Of a stretch of 64,000 bases of DNA, positions 23,440 through 36,869 are shown one piece after another. The DNA lies in the NCBI RefSeq assembly GCF_009914755.1, contig NC_060935.1; one strand, written 5' to 3'. The translations under genes were made by a program, and so were the position numbers. Under the pieces are notes generated by a model, which saw only the letters and a program-made list of their open reading frames with translations, was not told where the DNA came from and did no database searches. Numbering within the stretch: the first letter of the stretch is position 1; each line of letters opens with the position of its first letter. The stretch is from the human T2T-CHM13v2.0 reference genome, Homo sapiens.

Positions 23440-26400
23440 ATTAGGAAAGTGGCACAACATAAAATGAAGAAAGGTGGCTGAATGGAACTCTCCAATGACC
23501 ATCCTGCAGAAACATCAAATTGAACAACTATCCATGCAAGAAAGCCCCTTCATAATACTAGGTGAGAGATCACAGTATCTAGTTTTAGCATAAGATGGAA
23601 AGATGTATTGAAGTGGGTAGGAAGGCAGTTTCTCATTGTCGACACCATCCCTCCCCGAGCCCCAGGCAGTGCATCAGGGAGAAAAAATCTGTGTGCTTGG
23701 ATGAGGGAGAGCAAGGTGAGGATGGGACTTTGCATTAGAACTCAGAGCTCGTTGTCACAGTGGAACAGCCCACCAGGCCAAACTCCACTGACACCCGCAG
23801 AAGGGGCATTTAGATGAGCCCCGGGCCAGAGGGGAACCCACTGCCCAGTTAGGAAGAAACTGAGCTCTGCCCTACTTTACCACTGGCTGACTAAAGAGGC
23901 CTGGGGCCCCGAATGGATTTCAGTGGCAGCCAAGCCGTAGGGATTGTGGCCCTTGAGGAAGTCCCGGTGCTGTGCTGCTCTGTGGGCTTGGAGTACAACC
24001 CAGTAAAACACCAGCTGTGGTGGTCACAAAAGTGCCTGCATTACTTCTCCTATAATTCCAGGCAATGAAGCTTGAGAGACAAACTGCTTCTTCTTGGGAA
24101 AAGGAGACAACAGAGTATAGGGGACTTTGTCTCGCAACAGGAACCAGCTCAGCCAGAGTAAAATAAAGCACCAGGAAGAAGCCCAAAGCCTCCAATTCCA
24201 AGCTGTTGTTCTCAGATGCAATTTCTGTAACCATCTTGGGCCATAAGAGAATCTGTTGCCCTGATGGGACAAACCCAGACCTGAGTCCAGGCAGGCTTCA
24301 CCAACTGCTGACCACAGTGACCTCAGGCCTTGAATAAACATCAGCAGCAATCAGGCCATAGCAATTGTGGGCCTTGGGCAAGTCCCAGTACTGCAATGGT
24401 GTGGGAGGCCATGAGCTTTGGGTGTGACCCAGCTTACTGCCAGCTGTGGCAGCCACAAGAGTGTCCATTGTCACTTCCCTTAACTCCAGGCAGCCCAATG
24501 CAGAGAAAGACTCCTTCCAGTTGAGGAAAAGAGAGGGAAGAAAGCAAGGGTCTTTGCCTGGGAACCCAGGGAATTTTCCTGTATATTTCCCAAGTCTGTC
24601 TGGGTTATATATCTATAAGCCTGAAAGGGTAGCAGTGTACCTGGGTTTACGCACCCTTTCACACTGAAAGGGCTGCAGTGACAACAAACTTAGGTAACAA
24701 CACTTAATCTTCTTTGAAATGATAGAAGATAAAGATCTCTCAAGAAGATCAGGTACAAACAAGGTCATACAGCAGATACCAGAATAAATACCTAACTTCA
24801 GTGGCCAGACATTGATGAACATCCACAAGCATCAAGAACATCCAAGTAAATATGACTTCACCAAATGGACTAAATAAGGCATCAGTGAATCTGGAATTCT
24901 GGACTGATGAAGATATATCACCTCTTAGATAGATAATTCAAAATGGCTGTTTTCGGGAAGCTCAATAAACTAAAAGATAACACAGAAAAAATGCAGAATT
25001 CTATCAAAGACATTTAATGAAAAGATTGAATAATTAAACACAGAAATCCTGGAGCTGAAAAATGCAATAGACCAATGGAAAAATGCATCAGAGTGTCTCA
25101 ACAGCAGAACTGATCAAGCAGAAGAAATAATTAGTGAGCTCAAAGACAGCCTATTTGAAAATACACACAGGAGAAGAAAGAAAAAAGAATAAGAAAGAAT
25201 AAAGTACACTTACAAAACCTAGAAAACAGCCTCAGAAAGGCAAATCTGTTATTTATCTTAAAGAGCATGTAAAGAAAGAAATCACGGTTGAAAGTTTATT
25301 TAAAAAAAACAATAACAGAGAAGTTTTCAAACCTAAGAAAAGATATGAATATCCAGGGATAAGAAGATTAAAGAACACTAAACAGATTCAACCCAAATAA
25401 GACTATCTCAAGGTACATAAAAATCAGACTCTCAAAAGTCAAGGACAAGGAGAGGATCCTAAAAGCAGCAGGAACAATGAAGCAAATGACATGTAAAGAA
25501 GCTTTGATCTGCCAAACAGCAGACTTCTCAGTGGAAAACCTGCAGGCCAGAAGGGAGCAGGAAGACAGATTTGAAAACTTTCAACCAAGAATATTATACT
25601 TAGCACAGCTATCCTTCAAACATGAGGGAGAAATAGAGACTTTTCCAGACAAACAAAAACTGAGTGATTGATCACCACCAGACCTGTCTTACCAGAAATA
25701 CTAAAAGGAGCTCTTCAATTTGAAAGAAAAGGATGCTAACATGCAATAAGAAATCACCTAAAGGCATAAAAATCACCTAAAGGCATAAAACTCACTAGTG
25801 AAACTAAGTACACAGAGAAATTAAGAATACTCTCAATACAGTAACTGTGGTGTGTAAACCACTCATATTTTTAGTATGGAAACTAAAATACAAATCTATT
25901 GAAAATAGCAATAAACTTAACAATTTGTTAATAAACACTATAAAAAGATATAAATAGAGACAACAAAATATTAAAAAGGGGATGGCTTCAAAGTGTAGAG
26001 TTTTTTTTTCTTTGCTCGTTTGTTGTTTTATGATCAAAGTTAAGGGGAGTCATTAGTTCAAAATAATTTGTTATAACTCTAAGATGTTTTTAAAGCCTAA
26101 TGGTAACCTCAAAACAAAAAATTGTAATATATACATCAAAAATAAAAGCAAGATATTAAAATATGCTACCAGAGAAAATCACTTATCCAAAAAAGAGGGC
26201 AGTAAGAAAGAAAAAAAAGAAAGAGAAGACTTACAAAACAAACAAAAAACAAATAACAAAATGGCAGCTGAGGTCCTTACCTTTCAACAACAACATGGAA
26301 TGTAAATGCTCCCATTAAAGGATATATAGAGGCTGAGGGGATTAAAAAACAGCCCAACTAATGCTACATGCTGCCCACAAGAAATTGATTTCACTTATAA

Positions 26401-28665
26401 AGACATGCATAGGCTGAAAGTAAAGGAATTTATAAATATATTCTCTACAAATTAAAGCCAAGAAAGAGCATGTGTAGATAAATTTATATCAAATAAAATA
26501 GATTTCAAGTCAAATACTGTAAAAAGAGAAAAAGAAGATTATTATATGATGATAAAGGGATAAATGTAGCAATGAGATATAACAATTCTAAACCTATATG
26601 CACCCAGTAGTGGAGACCCCAGATAAATAAAGCAAATATTAATACTTGCAGGGCACAAAATCAATCTAAAAAAATTAGTAGCATTTCTATACCCCAATAT
26701 TGAACTAGCTGAAAATGAAATTAAGAGTGCAATTCCATTTAAATTGCCATAAAAAATAAAATAAAATACTTGGGAATAAATGTGACCAAGCATGAGAAAG
26801 ATCTCTACAAGGAAAACTACAAAACACTGTTAAAAGAAGTTGTGGAGGATACAAATGAATGTAAAGATACCCTAGGCTAATGGATTGCAAAAATTACTAT
26901 CATTAAAATAACCATACTACCCAAAGCAATCTACAGATTCATTGAAATCCCTATAAAAATACATTTAATATTTTTCACAGATGCAATAAAACTACAATCC
27001 TAAAATATATATGGAATTTAAAAAAAAAAAACAAATAGCCAAAGCAATCCAGATGAAAGAGAGTAAAGCTGGAGGCATCAAAATTTGTTCAACAAAGCAG
27101 CATGATACTGGTATAATAACGTACATGTAGATAAATAAAATGGAATACAGATCCTAGAAATAAGTCTACATATTTAGAGCCAACTGATGTTTGACACAGA
27201 ACCAAGAACATACATTAAGGAAAGAAACTCCTTGTCAATAAATGTTGCTGGAAAACTGGATATCCATGTGCAGGAGAATAAAGCTAAATTGCTATCTCTC
27301 ACCATATACAAAAATCAAATCAACATGGATTAAAAGATTAAATGCAAGACCCCCACCTATAAAATTACTAGAAAAAAAAATGAGGGAAGCACTCTAGGAC
27401 ATTGGTCTAGGCAAAGAATTTATGGCTAAGACCTTAAAAACACAGGCAACAAAAAGGAAAATGGACGAGTGGGACTATTTTAAACTAAAAAGCACAGCAT
27501 AGGAGACAATCAGCAGAGTGAAGAGAAAACATACTGAATGAGACAAAATATTTGAAAACTATTCAATATGGGACTAATATCCAGAATCTATAAGGAACTC
27601 AAACAACTCTATAGCCAAAAGCAAATAATACAATTTAAAAGTGGGCAAATGATCTGAGCAGGCATTTCTGAAAAGTAGACAAATAGCAAAGAGGTGTGTG
27701 ACAAAATGGTCAACATCACTGATCATCAGAGAATTACAAATTAAAGCCACTATGAGATATGATCTCACCCCTATTCAAATGGCTACTATCAAAAAGACAA
27801 AAAATGACAGATGCTGATGAGCATGTGCAGAAAAGAGAACTCTTATGCACTGCCAGTGTGAATGTAAGTTAGTACAGCCACTATGGAAAACAGCATAGAG
27901 ATTTTTCAGAAAACTAAAAAATAGAACTACCATATGATCTAGCAGTCTTACACTGTGCATTTTCCAAAGGAAAAAACAAGCAGTAATGATCAGTATCATT
28001 ACTGATTGTAACCTGCACCCCCATTTTTATACCTGCACCCCCATGTTTATTGCAGCACTATTCACAATAGGGAAAATATGGACTCTAAGTGTTCATTAAT
28101 GGATAAATGAATAAAAAATGTGGCATATATACACAATGGAATACTATTTTGTCATAAGAAAGAATGAAATTCTGTCATTTGCAGCAAGCTGGATGAAACT
28201 GGAGTTCATTATGTTAAGTGAAATAAGCCAGACCCAGAAAGACAAATATCACATGTTCTCATTAATATATGGGAGCTTAAAAAGTTGATGTCATGGAGGT
28301 AGAGAGTAGAATAATAGATAATAGAGGCTGGGAAGGGTGTGTGTTTGTGTGTGTGGATGGGTGGGCGGCAGGGAGAGTAAAGAGAGACTGGTTACTAGGT
28401 ACAAACATACAGTTAGATGGAGTAAGTTCTAATTTTCAATAGAAAGAGTAGGGTAACTATAGTTAAGCACAGTGTATTATATATTTCAAAATAGCCAGTA
28501 AAAGGAGGAGAAATGTTATCAACCCAGAAATAATAAATACTCAAGGTAATGGATATCCTAAATACCCTTACTTGATCACTACGAATTCCATGCATGTAAC
28601 AAAACATCACATATACTGTATAAATATGTACAACTATTATGTATCCATAACAACCTAAAGTAAAT
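23440..28665 (+). mobile_element. L1MA-type element (5'UTR-ORF1-ORF2-3'UTR) with a large internal ORF2 deletion
   Basis: L1M2-like 5' UTR; ORF1 remnant QTADFSVENLQARRE...QPRILYLAQLSFKHEGEIETFPDKQKL; L1MA4/5-like 3' UTR ending ...tattatgtatcca. Confidence 0.85.
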
Positions 28666-28693
28666 TTAGAAAAGGATTAGAAATTCTGGAATT

Positions 28694-29030
28694 GGCTGGG
28701 TACAGTGGCTCATGCCTGTAATTCTAATACTTTGGGAGGCTGAGGTGGGAGGATCATTTGAACCCAGAAGTTCAAGATCAGCCTGAGCAACATAGAGAGA
28801 CCTGGTCTCTACCAAAAATGAAAATAAAATTAGCCAGGTGTGGTGGCACCTGCCCATGGTCCCAGCCACTCAGGAAGCTGAGGTGGGAGGATCACTTGAC
28901 CCTAGGAAGTTGAGGCTGCAGAGAGGCATGATCATGCCACTACACTTCAGCCTGAGTGACAGAGCGAGGCCCTGTCTCAAAATACATACATACATACATA
29001 CATACATACATACATACATACATACATACA
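28694..29030 (+). mobile_element. AluJ with (TACA)n tail
   Basis: Dimeric Alu with J diagnostics (ggaggatcacttga, gaggctgcag); approximate TSD aaattctgga at 28681 and ~29038. Confidence 0.95.
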
Positions 29031-29760
29031 ATAAACAAAATTCTGGAGCTGCAAATTACAATCAGTGAAATGAAATATTCAACAGCGATGTGAGCAGGCA
29101 GGTAGTAGAATCAACAAACTTAAAGACAGGTCAATTGATGTTATCCAGGTTGAGAATCAAAAAGGAAAGGGATAAAGAACAATGAATGAAGTGAAAGAGG
29201 CATGTGTAGCACCCATTCTATTCATAATGGTAGGTCTAGGAGGAAAGAAGCATGTGTAGCACCCATTCTATTCATAATGGTAGGTCTAGGAGGAAGAGAA
29301 GGAAAAACACGGGGCAGAAAAATATTTGAAGTAACAATGGCCAGAAACTTCCAAAACTAAATGAAGGACACGATTCCCCACATTCAAGAAAATCAACAAA
29401 CTTGAAGCAGAATAAAACATAAAAAGATCCACACCTAGGCAAACTATGCTCAAGCTGTCAAGAGCCAAGACAATAAAAAAGACTTGTTATATGCAAGGGA
29501 TCCTCAATATGATAAACAACTAATTTTTCATTATAAAACACAGAGGCCAGGGGCCCTTGGGATGCCATATTCAAAGTGCTTATAGAAAAACAACAAAAAA
29601 AGGATCAACCAAAAATTCTCTCTGTATAAAAATTCATGCAGGAATGTAAAATTCTTACCACATAACTCATTATTTAAAAAAGTGAGCACCCTCAAGAAGC
29701 AATCTATTTAGTATTATGTGCTGCCCACGGATTTTTCCAATATCACCTAGTGCTGTTATT

Positions 29761-30078
29761 AAAAGAAGAAGAGCAAGAAGAATAGGAAGAGGAAGAGAAA
29801 GAAGAAAGAACAAGAGGAAGAGGAAGACGAAAGAAGAAGAGGAAGAGAAAGAAGAACAGGAAGAGGAAGAAAAAGAAGAAAGAAGAGGAAGAGGAAGACG
29901 AAAGAAGAGGAAGAGGAAGAGAAGAAAGAAGAACAGGAAGAGGAAGAGAAAGAAGAAAGAAGAACAGGAAGAGGAAGAGAAAGAAGAAAGAAGAGGAAGA
30001 GGAAGAGGAGGAGGAGGAAGAAAAGGAAGAGGAGGAGGAGGAAGAAGAAGAAGGAGTAGGAGGAGGAGGAGGAGGAGA
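29761..30078. repeat. (GAA/GGA)-rich purine tract
   Basis: ~320 bp, nearly all A/G, with repeated gaagaacaggaagaggaaga blocks. Confidence 0.95.
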
Positions 30079-30925
30079 TAATTAAGCTATTACCATCTCA
30101 AATAAACAGAGGCCAAGAGAGATAATCACTGGTAGGCCTGCCCTCCAAGAAATTCTGGACCATGCTAGAGAGTCCTTTGGGCTGAACTGAATGGAAAGTA
30201 TTATGAAGCCACATGAAGAAATAAAGATCATCAGTGAAGATAACTACATAGATAAACATAAAAGCCATATTTAATTTTGGTTTGTAACCCTTTTGTTCTT
30301 GGTAATTTAAAGAAAGCAAACATAATGTAATCATTGCAAATTGGTATAAAGGTATAATGATATACATTATCATTACTTGTGATATCAATATTTGTGACAT
30401 TGTAATGTCACAAGTGGCATGTTATACATTGGTAATTGTGACATTACCCACATAGGGGGTGGCATACACAGGTGAGTAGAAGCCAGCTTTATATACTTTT
30501 GAGGCTATGTTCTACTAATCCAAGGTGGATCATTAGAAGTAATTCACTGCAACCCCAAGGTAACCACAAAGAAAATAATGAAAACCTCTAGAGATGAAAT
30601 TTAGAAGAGAATAAAAATGGCACACTATAAAAAATCAATTATGCACCAAAGAAGGGAAGATGGAGGAAATGAGCAACCAAAATCCATAAGACATGTAGAA
30701 CACAAACAGAAAAATGGCAGAAGCAAGGCCTTATTAGTAATTACTTAAAATGTAAATGGAATAAACTCAAATTAAAGGCAGAACTGGCAGAATGAATAAA
30801 AAGAAAACATTGTCTAACTGTATGCTAGCTACAAGAGATTCAGTTTAGATCAAAGCCACAAATATGTTGAAAGTAATAGGATGTAAAAAAATATTCCATG
30901 CAAAAAGCAACTAGAAGACATTTAG

Positions 30926-31060
30926 GAACCAGGCAAGGTAACTCATGCCCGTAATCCCAACACTTTGTGAGGCCAAGGTGGGAGCATCGCTTGAGGCCAG
31001 GAGTTTTGAGACCAGCCTGGGAAGCATAGTGAGACCACATCTATAAAAAAAATTAAAGTA
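30926..31060 (+). mobile_element. FLAM / Alu left monomer
   Basis: ccaggcaaggtaactcatgcccgtaatcccaacactttg...gagaccagcctgg followed by an A-rich tail; single arm only. Confidence 0.85.
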
Positions 31061-31523
31061 AAGGAAATCTAGGGTAACTATACTAATAGGTGAAGCAAAA
31101 TGGACTTTAATTCAAAGTTTGTTACCAGAGACAAAGAAGAACATTATACGTTCATGAAAGGACTAATTAATAAGAACTTATGACAATTATAAACATATAT
31201 GACCCTAACAACAGAGGCATATATATAGGAAGCAAAAATTGAAGCATAAAATAGGCAGTTTTAACATAATCGTTGGAGTCTTTAACACTCCATTTCAATA
31301 ACAAACAGAACAACCAGACAGAGGATCAACAAGGAAACAGAAGACTTGAGCAACATTTTAAACCGTTAGACCTAATAGACAACTACAGAACAGTCCAACC
31401 AACAGTAGAATACACACTTTCTCCAGCATACATGGTATATTCTTCAGTATAGACTACGTGTTAGGCCCCAAATAAGTCTCCATAAAATTTTAAAAAGATT
31501 GAGCTTATACAAATGATTTTCTC

Positions 31524-31559
31524 ACACACTTGATCTTAGCCAAAAGGCCGAGAAGTGAT
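31524..31559 (-). pseudogene. U2 snRNA 5'-fragment retropseudogene (tailless)
   Basis: Reverse complement ATCACTTCTCGGCCTTTTGGCTAAGATCAAGTGT(GT) matches U2 nt 1-34 with one CpG transition; flanked by the 13-bp direct repeat AAATGATTTTCTC (31511-31523, 31560-31572). Confidence 0.95.
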
Positions 31560-31837
31560 AAATGATTTTCTCCAACCACGATTAAATGCAACTAGAAACA
31601 CAAAACTGAGGGAAAACTGGAAATTCACAAATATGTAGCAATTAAACAAAATACTCTCAATTAGTGGCTCAAAGAAGAATCACAAGGTAAATTGCAAAAT
31701 ACTTTAATAGAAATGAAAACAAAGCATGCCAGAACTATGGGATGTGACAAACACAGTGCACAGAGTAAAATCTATAATTATAAATGTGTACATTAAAAAC
31801 AGTAAGAATAAAACTCAAGCAAGTTAAGGAAGAACGA

Positions 31838-32132
31838 TGTGTTATTCTGCTAGGGCTGCCATAACAACAACAACAACAGAAAACCAAAAAACAAATGTAT
31901 TGTTTTCTCACAGTGTGGAGCCTAGATGTTGAAGATTAAGGTGCCATCAGGGTCACTTCTGGTGAGGCCTATTCTGTTTGAAGATGGCCATCTTCTCACT
32001 GTGTCTTAACATGGCCTTTTCTCTGTGTCCATGCAGAGAGAGGTCTCTGGTGTCTTCCTCATTTTATAGCATACTAGTCATATGAGATTAGGACTCCACC
32101 TTCTTTAACCTTGATTTCCCTTTCCAAAATAC
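31838..32132 (-). mobile_element. MLT1A-like MaLR LTR (truncated), followed by (TACA)/(TAGA) microsatellite to ~32183
   Basis: tgtgttattctgctagggctgccataacaa...ttctggtgaggcct...gatggccatcttctcactgtgtc. Confidence 0.8.
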
Positions 32133-32912
32133 ATACATACATACACACATACACATACATGCAGATAGATAGATAGATAGATAAAGATCTCCAGTCAATA
32201 ACCTAACTTTACATCTAAGAAACTGGGAAAAAAGCAAATAAAACCCCAAAGCAGCAGAAAGAAAGAAATAATAAAGATTAAAGTGGAGATTAGTGAAATA
32301 GCGAATAGAAAAACAACAGAATCAATCAAGCCAAAAGTCGATGTTTTGAAGAGATGTATAAAACTGAGAAAACTTTAACTAGACTAGAAAAAAATCAGAG
32401 CAGACTCAAATTCCTAAAACGAGAAATGACTGTGGGGACAACACTATTCACCTCGCAGACTCCAAAAGATTCTAAGAGGACACATTGTGCAATTGTATGG
32501 AAATAAATTAGATAATCTGATGGAATAGCAAAGTCCTAAAAAGACAAAAACTGTCAAAATTGACCCAGGAATAAACAGAAAATATAAACAACTAAAACAA
32601 GAGATTGAATCAGTTATCAAAAATCTCCAACAAACGTTAAGTCAGAGACCAGATGGCTCCAATGATAAATTCTACCACATATTTTAAAAATAATTAACAC
32701 CAATCCTTCAAATTCTTCTAAAAAATAGAAGAGGAAGAAACACTTCCTAACTCATTCTGAGGCTAGTATTATTCTGATTCCACAGCTAGATAAGGGTTTC
32801 ATTAAAAAATCTATAGGCCAATATCCCTTATGAATAAGGATGCAAAAACATTTTCAACAAAATACCAGCAAAATAAATCCAACAGAATGTGAAAAGGATT
32901 ATGTCTGATGAC

Positions 32913-33316
32913 TGCTATGGCTTGGATAGGCTCTGTCCCCTCCAAATCTTATGTTAAAATTTTAATGCCTCGTATGGTGGTATTGGGAGGTGGGGCTTGC
33001 TGAGAGGGGTTTGGATTCAGGGGCAGATCCCTCATGAATGTCTTGGTGACCTTCTCCCTGTGATGATGAGTGAGTTCTCACTCTGGTGTGACAGGATTGG
33101 TTCTTGGGGGAATGGACTAGTTTCTGGGAGAATGGGTTATTATACAGTATTTACTATATTTACACTCAGTGCAAAGGTTCTCACCAGAAGTTGAGCAGCT
33201 GCCAGCACCATGCTTCTCACACAGTCTGCAGAGCCATGAGCTAAGTAGATCTCTTCTCTTTATAAATTACTCAGCCTCAGGCATTCTCTTTTAGTGACAG
33301 AAAATAGACTCAGACA
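32913..33316 (+). mobile_element. MST (MSTA/B-like) MaLR solo LTR
   Basis: TGCTATGG...gggcagatccctcatgaat...tataaattactcagcctcagg...AGACA; 5-bp TSD ATGAC at 32908-32912 and 33317-33321. Confidence 0.9.
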
Positions 33317-35499
33317 ATGACCAGGTGGGATTTATCCAAACACAAACTTGTGTAAACATGAAAATCAACCACATAAATAGACTAAAGCAATAAAACCCAA
33401 TCATCTCAATCAATGCAATAAAAGCATTTGACAAAGTACAAATTCTTTAGTAATAAAAAATACTCAATAAATAAGAATATAAGGTAATTTTCTCAACATA
33501 AGTGAACATTCCACAGCTAACATTGTATTTAATAGTGAAAGACTGGACCTTTCTCCCCATGATCAAGAGCCAGACAAGATGCTTGCTTTTGCTATTTGTA
33601 TTCAACATAGTATTGGAAGTTTTAAGCAGAGTAATTAGGAAAGAAAAATAAATAAAAGGCATCCAAATTGAAAAGAAAGAAGCAAAATTATATTTGTTGC
33701 AGATAACATGGTCATACATGAATACTAAAAGTTCCATGCACAAAAACACAGGTAAATACGTGAAATCAGCAAAGTTGCAGAATAGAAACTCATCACAGAA
33801 GAATCAGTTGCAATCCTACACATTATCAATGACCATTTCACAAGGAAAATTAAAAAAATTTCCATAAATACAAAAGCATCAAAATACAATATACTTAGGA
33901 ATACATTTAACCAAGGAGGTGAAAGACTTGCACACTGAAAATGACAAAACAATGTTAAAAGAAAATTTAATAAGACAAAAGTAAATGAGAAGACGTTCTA
34001 GGTTCATGGATCAGATGAATATTGTTAAGATACCCATGCTATCCAAAGTAATCGCAGATTCCATGCAATCCGTATTAAATCCTAATGGCATACATTTTAC
34101 AGAAATTAAAACAAATTCTAAAATGTATATGGAATCTCAGGGGACCCTGACTAGCAAAACAATTTTACAAAGGAACAAAGTTGGAGGCCTCACACTTCCT
34201 GACTTGAAAACTTACTACAATGCTACAGCAATCAAAACAAGGTGTCATGGGCACAAGTACAGAAATTTAGAAAAATAGAGTAGAATAGAGAACCCAGAAA
34301 TAAACTCTTGCATACATGGTTAATTAATATTTGTCCAGGGTAGTAAGACCATTCAATGGGAAAACAATCATTTTTTCAACAAATTATGCTGAGGAAACTG
34401 GTTAGCCACAGGCAAAAGAATGAAGTTAGACCCTTACCTTATACCACATACAAAAATTTATTTGAAATTTATCAAAGATCCAAACATGAGTTAAAAATAT
34501 AAAACTCTTAGAAGAAAAAGTAGGAGAATATCTTCATGGCATTGCATTAGGCAATTATGTGTTGGATATGATACCAAAAGCACAAACAACAACAAAAAAT
34601 AGATAAATTGGACTTTAATGTGAAGAACTATCCTGCATCAAATGACACTATCAACAGAATAAAATGACAGCTCACAGGATGATTGAAAACATTTGCAAAT
34701 CATATACCTGCTGAGGAATTAATATTCAGAACATATAAATAACTTCTACAACTCAACAACAAAAAACAAATAGCCCAATTCAAAAAAAAAAGAAAAATGA
34801 ACCAAGGACTTGAACAGGTATTTCTCCAAAGAAAATATACAAATGGCTAAAAAGCACATGAAAAGATTCTCAGCATGACTTATCATTAGTCAAATGCAAA
34901 TCAAGACTACATGAAAAGATACAACTTCACATCCATTTGGATGGCTCTTAAAAAATAAAAATAAAAAAGCAAGGAAAGAAAGTAACAAGTGTTGGTGGAG
35001 ATGTGAAGAAATTAGAACCTTTGTGTATTGCTGGCAGGAATTTAAATTAACACGGCTGCTGTAGAAAAGTTTGGCAATTCTTCAAAAAAGTAAACAGTTA
35101 CTATATCTAATCTTATGTATATACCCCGAAGAATTGAAATCGGGGTCTCAAACAGATACTTGTACACTAATATTCATTGCAGTGTTATTTATTATAGCCA
35201 AAGAACAACCTCAATGTTCATTGACAGATGAATAGATAAACGAAATACGGTCTATACATCCAATGAAATACTGTTGATCCTTAAACACAGTGTAATTCTG
35301 ATAGTGCTCCAACATGGATGAAACATGAAAACATTATGCTAAGTCAAATAAGTCAGCACAAAGCACAAATATTGTATGATTCCACCTACGTAAGATGCCT
35401 AGAATAGTCAAATCCATAGAGATAGAAAGTAAAATAGAAATTACTAGGGACAGGGGGTGAGATGAGATATTGTTTAAAGTTATTAATTATTTTGGGGGT

Positions 35500-35935
35500 T
35501 GTTAAAAGACAAAGGTACAACAAATTTAGTTTAAAGGTGTAATTGGCTTTTATTTGCAAGTCTAGAATCAGGCAATACCACATTCTATAATATAGAATGA
35601 CTGTTGGAATAAGCTAAGCAGAAGAGGTTGTCTTTACAGGCAGAAAAGAGCTGAAGAAAGCAGAAACAGAACAAAAAGCAATTTGGTAACCTCAAAGTCA
35701 CTTTCCTTGTAAAGGTTAAAGCAGACTTGTTTATCATGCTGGCTATAACTTGCCTGTTTTGAAATTTGGCTATTATCTCTCTTTTTCTTGATTTCTAAGA
35801 AGGTCAGATAAACAATCTGGTTTCAGCCGGTTGGCTCGGAACTTCAGCCTGGGTGACTCAATTCTGGCTTAGTCTGTTGCACCTAGTGCAGGAGCTCAGT
35901 CCAAATCGGTGGCCTCCTAGAGATTTTATTTGACA
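35500..35935 (-). mobile_element. ERV1 solo LTR, MER57-family-like
   Basis: TG...CA ends; minus strand begins TGTCAAATAAAATCTCTAGGAGGCCACCGATTTGGACTGAGCTCCTGCACTAGG; flanks ggggt/agggt. Confidence 0.65.
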
Positions 35936-36869
35936 AGGGTTATTGTTTAATGGGTACGGACTTTCTTTTTGGGATGATGAAAAAGTTCTGAGAATGAATA
36001 GTGGTGATGATCATATGATATTGTGAACATACTTAATGCTGCTAATTCATACACTAAAAATGGTTAAGATGGTAAATTTTATGTTTTGTAAATTTATCAC
36101 AATAAAAGTAAACAGTGGAAGCATTCACAACAGGCAAGAACGAGATCGAGGAGAGAGTAATGCTGTGGGGGTGAAGAGAAAAGGGGAGTCAAATTTCCTG
36201 GACAACAGAGTCAACTGGTTCAAGCACTTCAGACATCCTGAGCGAAATACGTAAGCGTTGGAAATAGAAATAAACTCATAATGTTGATGCCCTATTTCAA
36301 GGAGAACAAGGCCTGTGGCTGTCAGTGCTGCTTTGGCCTGAGAAAATCCGGTGTGTGGGAAGAGACATTCTCTGGCGGAGAAGCGTAGAGGAGAGCACTG
36401 GCCATGCCATGGGAGATAAATGGATTTCAGAAGAGGACAGTAACTGAATGATGCTTTTGGTGAAGAGGATATGGGATTCATTCAGGGAGGTTTGTGGCTT
36501 GTTCATTTGTTCGTTTGGTTTTGTTTTCAAAGGATAGGATAAGTTTGAAAGCAAAGAGTAGAAGTGGGAGGGACATTGGCTGATGGAGGACTGGTAAAGG
36601 AGACAATGTGGATGCATGTGGCGATGAATGACTGAACAATCTACTTTTGGGGCACTGCTGGTTTTGGAGTAATCAGGGTTGTGATTTGATGTCTACTTTG
36701 TTCGTGGCTGAAAAGGAGCAGGTCAAACATTAGCTAGTAACACTTGCTTTAAATAGCATTTTTTTTTCCACATTTGGAGAGGTCAAATCACCAACAGCTC
36801 CTTATTTTCTATGTCTCTTATTTTATTTTTAAATGTTTCCTCTTTAGAAAAATAAATGAAATGGATAAT

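Larger units (their letters stand above)
23150..36107 (+). mobile_element. Long degenerate L1MB-type element hosting multiple nested insertions
   Basis: ORF1-start-like segment at 23150-23440 resumes after 28665; ORF2 endonuclease and RT remnants at ~30700-35300; L1MB-type 3' UTR (gggatgatgaaaaagttctg...atggttaagatggtaaattttatg...cacaataaaa). Confidence 0.8.

Noticed and set aside
29716-30081. Arg/Glu/Lys-rich protamine-like ORF
   Set aside because: Translation of the GAA/GGA tract.
23440-36107. Active L1 coding capacity
   Set aside because: Both ORFs are full of stops, frameshifts, a large deletion and insertions.
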